From the NCBI GenBank assembly GCA_937982665.1, contig CALJLD010000243.1, positions 1,123-65,122 on the forward strand: DNA of 64,000 bases, given 5' to 3'. The DNA comes from an uncultured Planctomycetales bacterium. Lineage in GTDB: Bacteria > Planctomycetota > Planctomycetia > Pirellulales > S012-138. A program made the translations under genes and the position numbers. Under the pieces are notes generated by a model. It saw only the letters and a list, made by a program, of their open reading frames with translations, was not told the DNA's origin and did no database searches. Of the stretch, positions 40,227 to 50,004 are shown in pieces (the stretch's first letter is position 1; each line of letters begins with the position of its first letter).

Positions 40227-41687
40227 TTACGTGGTCAGATCACCTTCGCGGAAGGGATTTCGGCCGCGCGGGAGAAATTTGCACATCAAGATGCCACCAA
40301 AGTACAAGACGACCAACGGCGCGGCCATCAATACCATGCTCCAGGGGTCGGCCGGCGTCAGCAGCATGGCGATCACGCAAATCACAAGCACCGCAACTCG
40401 CCATTTCTTCAGGTAGGCAGAAACTGAGAAGATGCCAATCCTTTGCAGGAACAGCATCACCAAAGGCAACTGGAACGAAATGCCAAAACCAATTGGCAGG
40501 AACAGCGCCATGCCAAACCATTCGCTGATGCGAATGTCCGGATCTATTCCGGTGCCGGCATTGAAGCTCAGCAAAAAGCCAATCACGTAATCGAACACAA
40601 AGAAGAAACATAACGCCGCGCCGCCCACGAACAGCAAAATGCTGATAGGCAGGTAGAGGTGAATGTAACGACGCTCGTGCTTGTAGAGCCCCGAGGCGAC
40701 AAAATTCCAGATTTGCCAAAACACCCACGGGCTGGCAACCACTAGTGAAGCCATGATCGCGGCCTTCAACCAAATCATGAAGGCTTCATGGACACCCAAG
40801 CTCTTGACTGAGATGCGCGGATCATCCTCAACCGGATGCCAACGAATGAGCATCATCATGGACTTGCGCCTGGGACCGGCAGCGATCATATCGGGGAAGG
40901 CTGCCGTCAACAGCAATGCGTTGAATTGCAACGGTGTGTACTTCGCCCGGTTGGCCTCCACATGTTCCAGCCTTGCGTGTTGGCGTTTCGCCAGGCGGTC
41001 CGCGGGAAGAAAGTCCGTTAGGGGATCGTTGTCCCGAATGTCATCAAAATCTTCGGCGCGATAAAAGTCGGCGTCGTCCAAAATGAATTGTTTGATCGCT
41101 GCCGCAAGGTTTGCGCGATCCGCATCCGAAGGAGTGCTACCGGCGATCTTGACAACAAGCGCTTGAGCGTTGGCATCCAACAGGGACCACACACGCTTGC
41201 CAGGGTTTTCCCCACTGGCGTCTCGCCCATCGAGAATCGACTGCGCCAACAACTCTGGCTCCAAGATATCGCTCCGCGCGAAATCCGGAATAACAGCGGT
41301 TGCGGCGGCGGTTCCATAGAGTCGCGAGAGCGATGCCCAAGTTTGTCGTGGATCAACGTAGTCAACGTCTGGCAGCAAATGGTCGACAGTAATCGCCTCG
41401 CGGATCAAGCCGATATCGGGGGCTTCCTGCCCAGCTTCCTCCAATTTCGCGATGCTCTCCTCCATCCGCACTTCGGATTGTAAGAGGTAGAACTCCTGCA
41501 AGGACTCGCCCAGCGGACCCTCAATGAAATGGATCACGGCGTCCGGAACACCGAAAAGCAACACCAACGCAAAGGCGATCGCGACTCCCAACAGCGCTCG
41601 GAACAGGCACACCCGCAATTCATCCAGGTGTTCCCCAAACGTCATAGTGGAATCGGCGAACAGATCTTGATCCGATTTGCGCTGCAT
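40227..41687 (-). CDS. tatC: twin-arginine translocase subunit TatC with a large loop insertion
   Basis: FGEHLDELRVCLF, and LYKHERR identical to E. coli TatC. Six TM helices. 486 aa compared with about 258 aa in E. coli. Confidence 0.9.
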   Translation of the reverse strand: MQRKSDQDLFADSTMTFGEHLDELRVCLFRALLGVAIAFALVLLFGVPDAVIHFIEGPLGESLQEFYLLQSEVRMEESIAKLEEAGQEAPDIGLIREAITVDHLLPDVDYVDPRQTWASLSRLYGTAAATAVIPDFARSDILEPELLAQSILDGRDASGENPGKRVWSLLDANAQALVVKIAGSTPSDADRANLAAAIKQFILDDADFYRAEDFDDIRDNDPLTDFLPADRLAKRQHARLEHVEANRAKYTPLQFNALLLTAAFPDMIAAGPRRKSMMMLIRWHPVEDDPRISVKSLGVHEAFMIWLKAAIMASLVVASPWVFWQIWNFVASGLYKHERRYIHLYLPISILLFVGGAALCFFFVFDYVIGFLLSFNAGTGIDPDIRISEWFGMALFLPIGFGISFQLPLVMLFLQRIGIFSVSAYLKKWRVAVLVICVIAMLLTPADPWSMVLMAAPLVVLYFGGILMCKFLPRGRNPFREGDLTT

Positions 41688-42050
41688 CCGAACTGCCTGG
41701 GGAATGAGGGAAATGCACGGGTAAGCCGATAATATCAAGCCGTCTTAGAAGCGACAATGATGCGTTCGGCTGGGCAGATACATGCTGGGCGGAGTTTGCG
41801 CATCGGGACACCGCGCCCACAATGACTGGCACGCGAGATCTTAACGATGCGCTTTTCGATCACATGGCGGTGGGACAACAAACTGCATTTGTCTAACGCG
41901 GGAATTCTTCAGCTGCACTCAAGAAACTTAATGGGCAAACTGCAATCAAACGACGACGTACCGGTAGCCGCCGGTTGATTCTTTGCTCATGACATGCAAG
42001 ATCATCCCCAGCCAGTCCGCGTGTGTGCTAACTCGACCGTGGGAGCGGAG

Positions 42051-43031
42051 ATGTCCCAACTGCCGATATTGCGGTTTCGTCCATTGTTGAAGCGCTACCT
42101 TTGGGGAGGCCGGCGCTTGGCCGAATTGGGCAAGCCGCTTGGAGACGGAGACGATTACGCCGAGAGTTGGGAGATTGCCGACCACGACCAGGACCAAAGC
42201 GTTGTGGACGGCGGACCATTGGACGGTAAGCCGCTGCGCGAAATCGTTGGCGAACATGGCGAAGCGCTCTTCGGTCGCAACCACCCGCAAGAGAACTTTC
42301 CGCTGCTGTTCAAGTTTCTCGATGCGCAACGTGCTTTGTCCGTTCAAGTTCATCCCAATGATCAACAAGCGGCCCGACAATCGCCGCCGGACTTAGGCAA
42401 GACAGAAGCCTGGGTGATTATTGACTGTGAACCTGGCGCAGTCTTATACGCCGGCTTGAAACGCGGTTTTGACAAGGCTGCCCTTGAACGAGAAATTGCC
42501 CGTGGAACGTGCGAACTCTGTCTCAATCAAATCCAAGTGAAGCCCGGCGATTGCATCTTTCTGCCTGCAGGAACGGTGCATGCAATTGGCGCTGGCATTT
42601 TGATCGCGGAGATTCAGCAATCCAGCGACACGACATTCCGCCTGTTTGATTGGAATCGTGTGAGCACAGATGGGCAGCCCCGCCAGCTCCACATCGCGGA
42701 ATCGATGGCGGTGATCGATTTTGAGCGCGGCCCGGTCTTGCCCCAGACTCCGCGGAAGGCAGAACGTGAATGCTGGGAGCAACTTGTCTCTTGCGACAAG
42801 TTTGTGCTGGAGCGTGGCAAGCTTGCCGGGCCAAGCACGCTTGGTGGGGACAACCGGCTGCACATCGTGGCGGTGTTGGATGGTCAAGTCACGCTCATTG
42901 CGTCCGATTCCGGTGGTGGTGAAAGCTTCAAGCTTTCGCGCGGTGGCACGCTGCTCATCCCGGCGTGCGGGGGCGAAGTCGCCCTCGAACCCAAAGAAAA
43001 CTGCACCTTGCTGGACATCTTTCTGCCGTAG
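42051..43031 (+). CDS. manA: class I mannose-6-phosphate isomerase
   Basis: Blocks PLLFKFLDAQRALSVQVHPND, KTEAWVII and AGTVHAIG. GGAGCGGAG lies upstream of the ATG at 42051. Confidence 0.88.
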   Translation: MSQLPILRFRPLLKRYLWGGRRLAELGKPLGDGDDYAESWEIADHDQDQSVVDGGPLDGKPLREIVGEHGEALFGRNHPQENFPLLFKFLDAQRALSVQVHPNDQQAARQSPPDLGKTEAWVIIDCEPGAVLYAGLKRGFDKAALEREIARGTCELCLNQIQVKPGDCIFLPAGTVHAIGAGILIAEIQQSSDTTFRLFDWNRVSTDGQPRQLHIAESMAVIDFERGPVLPQTPRKAERECWEQLVSCDKFVLERGKLAGPSTLGGDNRLHIVAVLDGQVTLIASDSGGGESFKLSRGGTLLIPACGGEVALEPKENCTLLDIFLP

Positions 43032-43069
43032 AAGTCTCTACGAAAGAGCCCAGTCGTTTAAGAATCCCG

Positions 43070-43117
43070 TTGACGAACGTGTGAGCATAGCCTATAAGCT
43101 TAGAAGACTAAGCTTAG
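43070..43117 (+). promoter_or_regulatory. sigma70-like promoter (TTGACG-N17-TATAAG) overlapped by two TAAGCTTA palindromes
   Basis: TTGACG at 43070-43075 and TATAAG at 43093-43098. Palindromes at 43095-43102 and 43109-43116. Lies 26 nt upstream of the BlaI-like gene. Confidence 0.45.
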
Positions 43118-43142
43118 CGACTCATACAAGCAGGCGTCACCC

Positions 43143-43562
43143 ATGGCAGGGATTCAGGCTCCCACGCAACGCGAATTGGAAATCCTCAAGATTCTTTGGC
43201 GGAATGGTGAAGCAACCGTCCGCGAGGTCTACGAGGAACTCCGCAAAGAGCTCGCGATTGTGCAAAACACCGTCCAGGCGTTCTTGCGCACCATGGAAGA
43301 GAAAGGCCAGGTGGAGCATCGCGTGGAGGGGCGAACCTTCATCTACCGCGCGGCGATTGAGCCCGAGGATACACGGCAGCGATTGGTTGACCGGGTGTTG
43401 AATCGTGTGTTCGACGGCGCTTTGGATCAGCTTGTGCAAAGTGCGTTGTCATTGCGGCAGCCTTCGAATGCGGAATTGGAGCGACTGGAACGCTTGATTG
43501 CGGAAGCCAAAGCCAAGGATGCGAAGAAGGGGCGAGCAAGCAAGAAGAAATCGCCAGATTGA
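43143..43562 (+). CDS. BlaI/MecI/CopY family transcriptional repressor
   Basis: The winged-helix N-terminus (TQRELEILKILWRNGEATVREVYEEL) is typical of Penicillinase_R. Sits directly upstream of an M56 peptidase gene. Confidence 0.88.
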   Translation: MAGIQAPTQRELEILKILWRNGEATVREVYEELRKELAIVQNTVQAFLRTMEEKGQVEHRVEGRTFIYRAAIEPEDTRQRLVDRVLNRVFDGALDQLVQSALSLRQPSNAELERLERLIAEAKAKDAKKGRASKKKSPD

Positions 43563-43627
43563 ACAGCGCTACGTTGTCCGTCCTTGAATTGGCCCTCGAG
43601 ACGTTTTCCAGACCTAACGGATCAGCC

Positions 43628-45940
43628 ATGTCAGCATTCATCGAATTCCTTGCCACAAACGGCTATCCGCTACTGCTTGCGACCGCGGTCCTGCTCGCGG
43701 TTGGCTCTTTGGCGATGATCCTGCATCGCTCACCCGGCCATCGACAGCGAATCGGCGAAGCGGCCATCGCAGCGACGCTGATCCTGATCGCACTCGCCGT
43801 GCTTCCGTTGCCGCGGTCAAACGTAGGGAGTTGGATTGTCAGTTGGGAAGGCTCCAATGACGATGGAAAGCTCACAGCGGTCGATTCTCATTCCGATCAT
43901 GTCGCACCGGTTGGATCTTCAAACCAGACAAACGATCTTGCGTCAACGCTGCCCGCCGCAACTGACACGACGCCCGATCTGGTAACAGGTGATAGCGAAG
44001 ATGGGCAATCAGACATCGGGGCATCGACAAGCGATTTCGGTCCTGCATTACCGCTTGCCGATGGCTTCGGCGAATCAGACGCTGACCTGTCACCGATTGT
44101 GGGAGCAACCCTCGGCAACGATGTAGCTCTGGAACACCTCAAGCCACACAACAAGCCTATCGGCGAAGCGCGAAGTGCTACGAATCGCGAGCAATCCGCG
44201 ATTGAGGCGGGACCGCTTCCATTCGACGCCACCGACTTGTCATCTAGCCAACCAGAAAGCCTAACAACACCGGGGATTCGCAGCAGTCAGGAAAGCGATG
44301 CACGATCAACATTTGCCTGGGTTTTTCTGACCGGCAGTTTGGCTTGTTGTGCATGGTTGCTGCTTGGCCGGCTTCAGCTTTGGCGTTTGGCGCGTTCTGC
44401 CAAGACCGCGAACGAGGCAATCCTTGCAACGACGCGTGCGGCCCTGAATCCCAGAACGGGGTCTCGCGTGCGTGTGATGATCGCCGAGCGTTGTCCTCGG
44501 CCGGTCACTTTCGGCATCTTTCGCCCAGTCATCATCTTGCCGGCGAGCCTATGCAGGGCTTCGTCGGCAGCTGCTTTAGCCCACGTCTTGCGGCATGAGT
44601 GTGCTCACATCAATCGCCGTGACGCGGTTGGGCAACTCCTGACCAACCTGGCATTGCCGCTCTTGTGGGTGCATCCGCTGTATTGGTTCATTCGCATTCG
44701 CATTCGGATGGATGCGGAATTGATGGCGGACGATTGGGCGGCCGGGCAAAGCTCGCCTGTGGAATACGTGGAACAACTTGTCCAGCTGGTTCGCCGACGT
44801 CGTGGGCTTCGCCTGGCGACTGTCGGCGGTTTGGGGCTATTTGGTTCTCAATCGCAATTTACCCGAAGAATGGAGATGCTCATGAAACGATCCACCCGCT
44901 TGCCAGCACGCTGCTCTTCCCTATGGAAGAGCGCACTGCTCGTGCTGTTTTGCACCGCGGCGCTAATTGCCGCGGACGCTGTTGGCGGGCGCCAGGCGGC
45001 CGCCCAGCGAAATGACGATCAGGCGCATGCCGAAATGAGCCGACGCCTGGAAAACCTCTTGGATGTAGTCGCGAAGCTCGAAGCGCAAACCGCGGAAGCG
45101 ATGGCGCACGCCAACGATCAGAAAGCGCGTGCGAACGCCGCCGAGCAAAAACTGGCCGACATGGCCGCGCAGCTTGAGCAAGTCAGGCACCGCAATGCGC
45201 AGAATGAGCAGCAAGCCGCTAATCGCAACGCGCAACAAGCCGACAATGCTGCCGCGCAGATGGCCACGCTGCAGCAAACCACGCAACGGTACAGCGACGA
45301 CATCAATAAGTTGAAGTCCGTCATCAATGATCTGCAGCAAGAAAATGCCGTGCTGCGGAATGAACTTGAGCACGCCAAAGCTGCCGGCGGTCCGCCCAAC
45401 CCGTCAGAAAACGAGGCTAGCAAGCAAGCGGACCCGTTTGCCGCAAATCCGCCCGTCAATGCGGGTGATCCCCTCGTCCGCGACGCCGCCAGCAAGGATC
45501 TGCCTACGGCCAATTCCCCGTTTGCGAACTCGCAGCCAACCGCATTGTCGAGCAGTGCCGCGAACAGCGGCACCGACATCGATATTTTGGGTCTGGCGAC
45601 GGCAATTGCAGACGGTGTGGGCAACCTTCGCAAGGCCGAAATCAACCTCGCTCATCTCCGCAGAAGTGTTGCAGCCGGGGCCAGCAATGAAGCAGATGTC
45701 CAAATTGCTGAGATTGAATTCGAGACGCAGCGCAACAAGCTGGAACTCTACCGCTCACTTGCGGAAGTCACGCTCGAATCCGCTCACTCGCGGCTGGAAG
45801 CTCTGAAGGAGCAGTTCGACCACACCGCTAAATTGGCTGCACAGGGATTTGTAACTGACGGTGAGCTTCGTCTGGCGAAAATGCGGCTTGAACAAGCCGA
45901 GTCCAGAGTGCGCGTCGTCGAGCGACTGCTATCGCAATAG
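43628..45940 (+). CDS. M56 (BlaR1-like) metallopeptidase/signal transducer with a long coiled-coil C-terminal extension
   Basis: HEXXH as VLRHECAHINRRD. N-terminal TM helices, an acidic disordered loop, and a Q/A/N-rich coiled coil of about 300 aa. An alternative TTG start at 43559 overlaps the blaI-like stop. Confidence 0.82.
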   Translation: MSAFIEFLATNGYPLLLATAVLLAVGSLAMILHRSPGHRQRIGEAAIAATLILIALAVLPLPRSNVGSWIVSWEGSNDDGKLTAVDSHSDHVAPVGSSNQTNDLASTLPAATDTTPDLVTGDSEDGQSDIGASTSDFGPALPLADGFGESDADLSPIVGATLGNDVALEHLKPHNKPIGEARSATNREQSAIEAGPLPFDATDLSSSQPESLTTPGIRSSQESDARSTFAWVFLTGSLACCAWLLLGRLQLWRLARSAKTANEAILATTRAALNPRTGSRVRVMIAERCPRPVTFGIFRPVIILPASLCRASSAAALAHVLRHECAHINRRDAVGQLLTNLALPLLWVHPLYWFIRIRIRMDAELMADDWAAGQSSPVEYVEQLVQLVRRRRGLRLATVGGLGLFGSQSQFTRRMEMLMKRSTRLPARCSSLWKSALLVLFCTAALIAADAVGGRQAAAQRNDDQAHAEMSRRLENLLDVVAKLEAQTAEAMAHANDQKARANAAEQKLADMAAQLEQVRHRNAQNEQQAANRNAQQADNAAAQMATLQQTTQRYSDDINKLKSVINDLQQENAVLRNELEHAKAAGGPPNPSENEASKQADPFAANPPVNAGDPLVRDAASKDLPTANSPFANSQPTALSSSAANSGTDIDILGLATAIADGVGNLRKAEINLAHLRRSVAAGASNEADVQIAEIEFETQRNKLELYRSLAEVTLESAHSRLEALKEQFDHTAKLAAQGFVTDGELRLAKMRLEQAESRVRVVERLLSQ

Positions 45941-45977
45941 CCTTCGCAAACGTAATCATCGGCGAATGCCGTTTGTG

Positions 45978-46005
45978 CCGCGCTGGATGTCCAGCGCGGT
46001 TTTTT
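45978..46005 (+). terminator. intrinsic terminator
   Basis: CCGCGCTGG-ATGT-CCAGCGCGG followed by TTTTTT. Lies 38 nt after the M56 stop and abuts the convergent ABC gene stop. Confidence 0.8.
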
Positions 46006-47507
46006 CATGCGAACCGCAACAAGTCAGCTTTGTCGACTTCTTCATCCGCAAACTGGTGCATGATGCGACCGCGCTTCATCACCAGAATCCGATCACAGCT
46101 CGCCAGCAAGAATTCTGGTTCGCACGAAGCGATTACAACCGCGGCGCCCTGGCGCTTGAGGCCGTCGACAATCTCCATGACTTCTTCTTTTGCGCCAACA
46201 TCCATGCCGCGTGTCGGCTCATCCAACAACAAGACGTTGACATCGTTAAGCAGCCATTTGGCCAGCACAACTTTCTGCTGGTTTCCACCGGAGAGGTTGC
46301 CCGCCGTTAGCCAAGGATCATGAGGTTTGCAACCCACCTTGCGAAGCATCGGAGAAACAGTGGTCTCTTCCTGGCTGGAAACCAAAACCGGTGGAAGCAC
46401 TTTTTGCAAATGGGCAAGCGTCACGTTGTGCGCAATCGGCGCGTTGGCAACAACGCTGGCTTTGCGATCCGCGACGACAAGAACCGCGCCGTTCTTGATC
46501 GCCCGATGCGTTGAGCCGGGCGGATAGTACTTCCCGTCAGCACTGATTGCACCCATCGCGGGAGTTGCCCCGCCAATGGCATGCACAAGTTCCTGGTGCC
46601 CGGCACCATAGAACCCATACAGGCCCAAGCATTCACCAGCGGCAACTTGCAGGGAAATTGGCTCGGGAAGCGCCGCCGTCGCAATTTGGTGAACTTCAAG
46701 TCTGGCTGGCCCGTCCGCGAGTGGCGGCAGACGCACAGCGGAGTCAAAGCCAATTTCCTCACGGCTAAGTTCATGCCCCAGCATACGGTGGATGACGTAA
46801 CTCTTGTCCAATTCCGCAGCGTCGCGAGTCTCCACCAACTGTCCATCGCGCAGAATGGTCACGCGATCACAAATGGCCAGTACGTCCTCAATAAAATGAC
46901 TGACAAAGATTACCGCCAGACCGCGACGACGTAGTTCTTTGATCAATGCGAACAGCCGTTCCGTCTCGGGCAAGCTCAAAGCACTTGTTGGTTCGTCCAA
47001 TAAGAGAATCCTCGCTCCGCTATGAAGCGCGCGAGCGATCTCCACCATCTGCCGAACGAGCAAAGGGTATTGATCTAATCGGCGGGTCACATCGATATCG
47101 AGTCCCAAGTCGCGCAAGTACGACGTGGCTTGGGTGTGCATGCGATTCCAATCAACAACACCCCATCGCGTGGGTTGCCGGCCCAAGAAGAGATTCTCCG
47201 CAACGGAAAGCTGCCCAATACCGGATAGCTCCTGGAACACCATGGCAACGCCGTTCTGCTGCGATGCCTGAGGCCTAGTCAAAGCCACTGGTTGACCATC
47301 AATAGCAACCTGTCCAATGTATTCGGAGAAAGCGCCAGCCAAGATCTTCATCAAGGTGCTTTTGCCGGCACCATTCCCACCCACAAGGCCGTGCACTTCC
47401 CCGGAATGGATTTCCAGATTGATGTCTACCAGCGCGGCATTGGCGCCAAAGTTCTTACCGACACTCTGGAACTCAACGATCGGCACGGATTCTGTCGGAT
47501 CACTCAT
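46005..47507 (-). CDS. sugar (CUT2-type) ABC transporter ATP-binding protein with duplicated ATPase domains
   Basis: Walker A GGNGAGKST, Walker B LLLDEPT, second-domain signature LSGGNQQK. The 500-aa tandem-domain layout resembles RbsA/MglA. Confidence 0.88.
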   Translation of the reverse strand: MSDPTESVPIVEFQSVGKNFGANAALVDINLEIHSGEVHGLVGGNGAGKSTLMKILAGAFSEYIGQVAIDGQPVALTRPQASQQNGVAMVFQELSGIGQLSVAENLFLGRQPTRWGVVDWNRMHTQATSYLRDLGLDIDVTRRLDQYPLLVRQMVEIARALHSGARILLLDEPTSALSLPETERLFALIKELRRRGLAVIFVSHFIEDVLAICDRVTILRDGQLVETRDAAELDKSYVIHRMLGHELSREEIGFDSAVRLPPLADGPARLEVHQIATAALPEPISLQVAAGECLGLYGFYGAGHQELVHAIGGATPAMGAISADGKYYPPGSTHRAIKNGAVLVVADRKASVVANAPIAHNVTLAHLQKVLPPVLVSSQEETTVSPMLRKVGCKPHDPWLTAGNLSGGNQQKVVLAKWLLNDVNVLLLDEPTRGMDVGAKEEVMEIVDGLKRQGAAVVIASCEPEFLLASCDRILVMKRGRIMHQFADEEVDKADLLRFA

Positions 47508-47622
47508 GCCAATAGGATAGCTGGAAGATACTCAGCTGCGGCAGATTGAAGTGCGCAAATGAACGCATTCGTCGCGGTTGTGACGAGCATCCGCGCGACG
47601 CGGAACCTGCGAATCGATGCGC

Positions 47623-47838
47623 CTAACAATCGCTGGGAATCTCGGGCGGAGTTTCGTCGAGAACAAAATCGTCAGTTGGAATATCGACGACAGAGAACAT
47701 CGTCAAATGTCCGCCGGAAAACGCAAGCTCACAACGCCAGAACCCCGGTCCTTTTTGTGATGGACCTTTGACCGTGGCCACCGTCCGCTGGCCCTTCACG
47801 ATCACGTAGTATTGGTTTCCGGCACGGATTTCGCGCAT
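47623..47838 (-). CDS. small hypothetical protein (71 aa)
   Basis: ORF upstream of the ABC ATPase on the same strand. Weak SD. No motif recognised. Confidence 0.35.
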   Translation of the reverse strand: MREIRAGNQYYVIVKGQRTVATVKGPSQKGPGFWRCELAFSGGHLTMFSVVDIPTDDFVLDETPPEIPSDC

Positions 47839-47981
47839 GCTTTGCCCTGGCGTTCAGCGAGCCCAACTTCCCCCACTCGGGTAGTATCTCCCAAACAAAG
47901 CCAGCGCCAAGTCAAAAATATACGAATATCCCGATATGATGGCCAACGCCAACCCAACAAGAATGTGGACCAAATGGCGAT

Positions 47982-49052
47982 TTGTTATCATCGCGGCAGA
48001 ATCACTGTGAAGCTGTATTAGGAAGCCGTCCCGTGGCCCCCATTGTCTTGTGTTACCCCACAGAGCCGCGCCACCGCGATCAAATCGCCCATGCGTTGAA
48101 GAATGCTGGAGTCAACGCAGACTTGATTGATGCCGGCCAAGACGGAGTCGCGGATGCGCTCCTTCAAGGGCCAGAGATCTTTTGTGGCCACGCAAAGGTG
48201 CCGGTTGATTGGGAGCGCGTGGCGGCGCAGGGTACGCTCCGCTGGATTCAATCTTCCGCGGCAGGGTTGGACCATTGCCTGACGCCGCCCGTCGTCAGCT
48301 CGGACATTGTCGTTACCAGCGCTTCCGGTGTCCTGTCCAATCAAGTTGCCGAGCACACGGTCGCGTTGCTCACTGCTCTGCTGAGGTCCTTCCCGGTTTT
48401 CTTTCGGGCACAGCAACAACGAGAATATGACCGCAGGCCAACGCTCGACTTGCACGGCAGCAAAATCGCAATTGTTGGTTATGGCGGAGTGGGCAGGCGG
48501 GTTGGCGAAGTGTTGACCCCGTTCCAAACCGAGGTCTCCGCCTTTGACCTGTACCCAACTGATCCGCTGCCAGGCGTTGCACTGCGGCACGTTGATGAGT
48601 TGGACGAGGCTTTGCCAACTTTTGACATCGTTGTCGTTTGCTTGCCCTTGACCAGCCGCACACAGGGAATGTTTCATGCGGAACGGCTGCAGAAGTTCAA
48701 ACACGGTTCGCTGCTCGTCAACGTTGCCCGCGGGCCAATTCTTGTGGAACGAGATCTGATTGCCGTGCTAAAGCGTGGGCATCTCGCCGCAGCCGGATTG
48801 GACGTGGCGGAGGTGGAACCATTGCCGGTGGAAAGCGAACTTTGGGATTTGCCCAATGTGATTATTACTCCCCATGTTGCCGGGCAGTCACAGACCCGCG
48901 CTTCCGACATGACTGACTTCTTCTGCGAGAACTTACGCCGCTACTATGGCGGCCAACCGTTGTTGAATTACGTGGACAAGCAGCAAGGGTTTCCGGTCCG
49001 TAGCGAGCAGCATCTTCAACCCAAGCGGGCAGCACGCGCCGGCCAGCTCTGA
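47982..49052 (+). CDS. D-isomer-specific 2-hydroxyacid dehydrogenase family protein
   Basis: VGYGGVGRRVG (NAD binding), plus NVARG and TPHVAG blocks. The true start is probably the GTG at 48036, which has AGGAAG 7 nt upstream. Confidence 0.85.
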   Translation: MLSSRQNHCEAVLGSRPVAPIVLCYPTEPRHRDQIAHALKNAGVNADLIDAGQDGVADALLQGPEIFCGHAKVPVDWERVAAQGTLRWIQSSAAGLDHCLTPPVVSSDIVVTSASGVLSNQVAEHTVALLTALLRSFPVFFRAQQQREYDRRPTLDLHGSKIAIVGYGGVGRRVGEVLTPFQTEVSAFDLYPTDPLPGVALRHVDELDEALPTFDIVVVCLPLTSRTQGMFHAERLQKFKHGSLLVNVARGPILVERDLIAVLKRGHLAAAGLDVAEVEPLPVESELWDLPNVIITPHVAGQSQTRASDMTDFFCENLRRYYGGQPLLNYVDKQQGFPVRSEQHLQPKRAARAGQL

Positions 49053-49119
49053 AGCTGTGATTTTGATGTGATCGCTCGACTTCGGAACCGACCAAGTCCA
49101 CTAACAAGTGTCCCGACTT

Positions 49120-49890
49120 ATGAAGACGACAAGCACAACGATTCTCTTCGGACTTGCCGTATCGGTCGCTCTGCAGCAACTGGCTGCTAAGAACACCACT
49201 ATCGAATGGCCCGTTCAAGACAAGGCCATTCAAGACAAGACCGTTGGTGCCGAAGACCGTCGCAGCAAGGCACTGTCTGCGTTGTGCGCTGCGATTGATT
49301 CCAACGCCAACTACTGCCAGGAATGGAATGACGCGGAAGACTTTGAGTCGCTGGCAAAAACAACGCACGGGATTGCCTTAATTGCGGAGTTGCTCATCGC
49401 CGAGAGTGAAGACCCAGGATGGCGAAAGCAGCTTGCGGAGTTGAAATCGCAAACACAATCGCTGCTTCAAGCTGCATCCGCAGACGACAAGACTGCGGCC
49501 AACACGGCTATCGAAAACATCCGCAAGCTGTCCGTTGAACTCACAACGGCCAGGCCGGAACTAGTGGAATCGCCTCGCTATTCCCAGCGAAATGATATCG
49601 GCCGGACGATGGACCTGTTGGATGGCACGTATGCAGATGCCAAAGCTGCATTGTTGTTTGATGAAGTTGAAGAAGCCAAGCGCGAAGCTTTTGTGCTGTG
49701 GAAATTGGGTGAGTATCTGCGATCGCAAGGTAGCCGCGGCACGACCGCCGCGCGATGGCTGGAGTTGGCCGATGGCTTCTCACAGGCGGCGCTCCGAGCC
49801 GGCGAACTGGATGATCCCAACAGCGACGCCCTCCGTTCCGCGCTAAAACTGGCCCACGACCAGTGTGAGAAGTGTCACAATCGGGAATAG
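49120..49890 (+). CDS. secreted helical protein with C-terminal CxxCH (cytochrome c-prime-like)
   Basis: Signal peptide MKTTSTTILFGLAVSVALQQLAA. Helix-rich sequence. A heme-binding motif CEKCH lies 3 residues from the C-terminus, as in class II cytochromes c. Confidence 0.6.
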   Translation: MKTTSTTILFGLAVSVALQQLAAKNTTIEWPVQDKAIQDKTVGAEDRRSKALSALCAAIDSNANYCQEWNDAEDFESLAKTTHGIALIAELLIAESEDPGWRKQLAELKSQTQSLLQAASADDKTAANTAIENIRKLSVELTTARPELVESPRYSQRNDIGRTMDLLDGTYADAKAALLFDEVEEAKREAFVLWKLGEYLRSQGSRGTTAARWLELADGFSQAALRAGELDDPNSDALRSALKLAHDQCEKCHNRE

Positions 49891-50004
49891 TGCCAGGGGA
49901 TAGGCGGTCGGGACGGCGAGGAAACATTTGACCTGTTGGCATCGATAAGTGACGATATCGCGTGCATGCGTCACATTTGATTGGTTGTAAGTCGTTTCTG
50001 ACTG

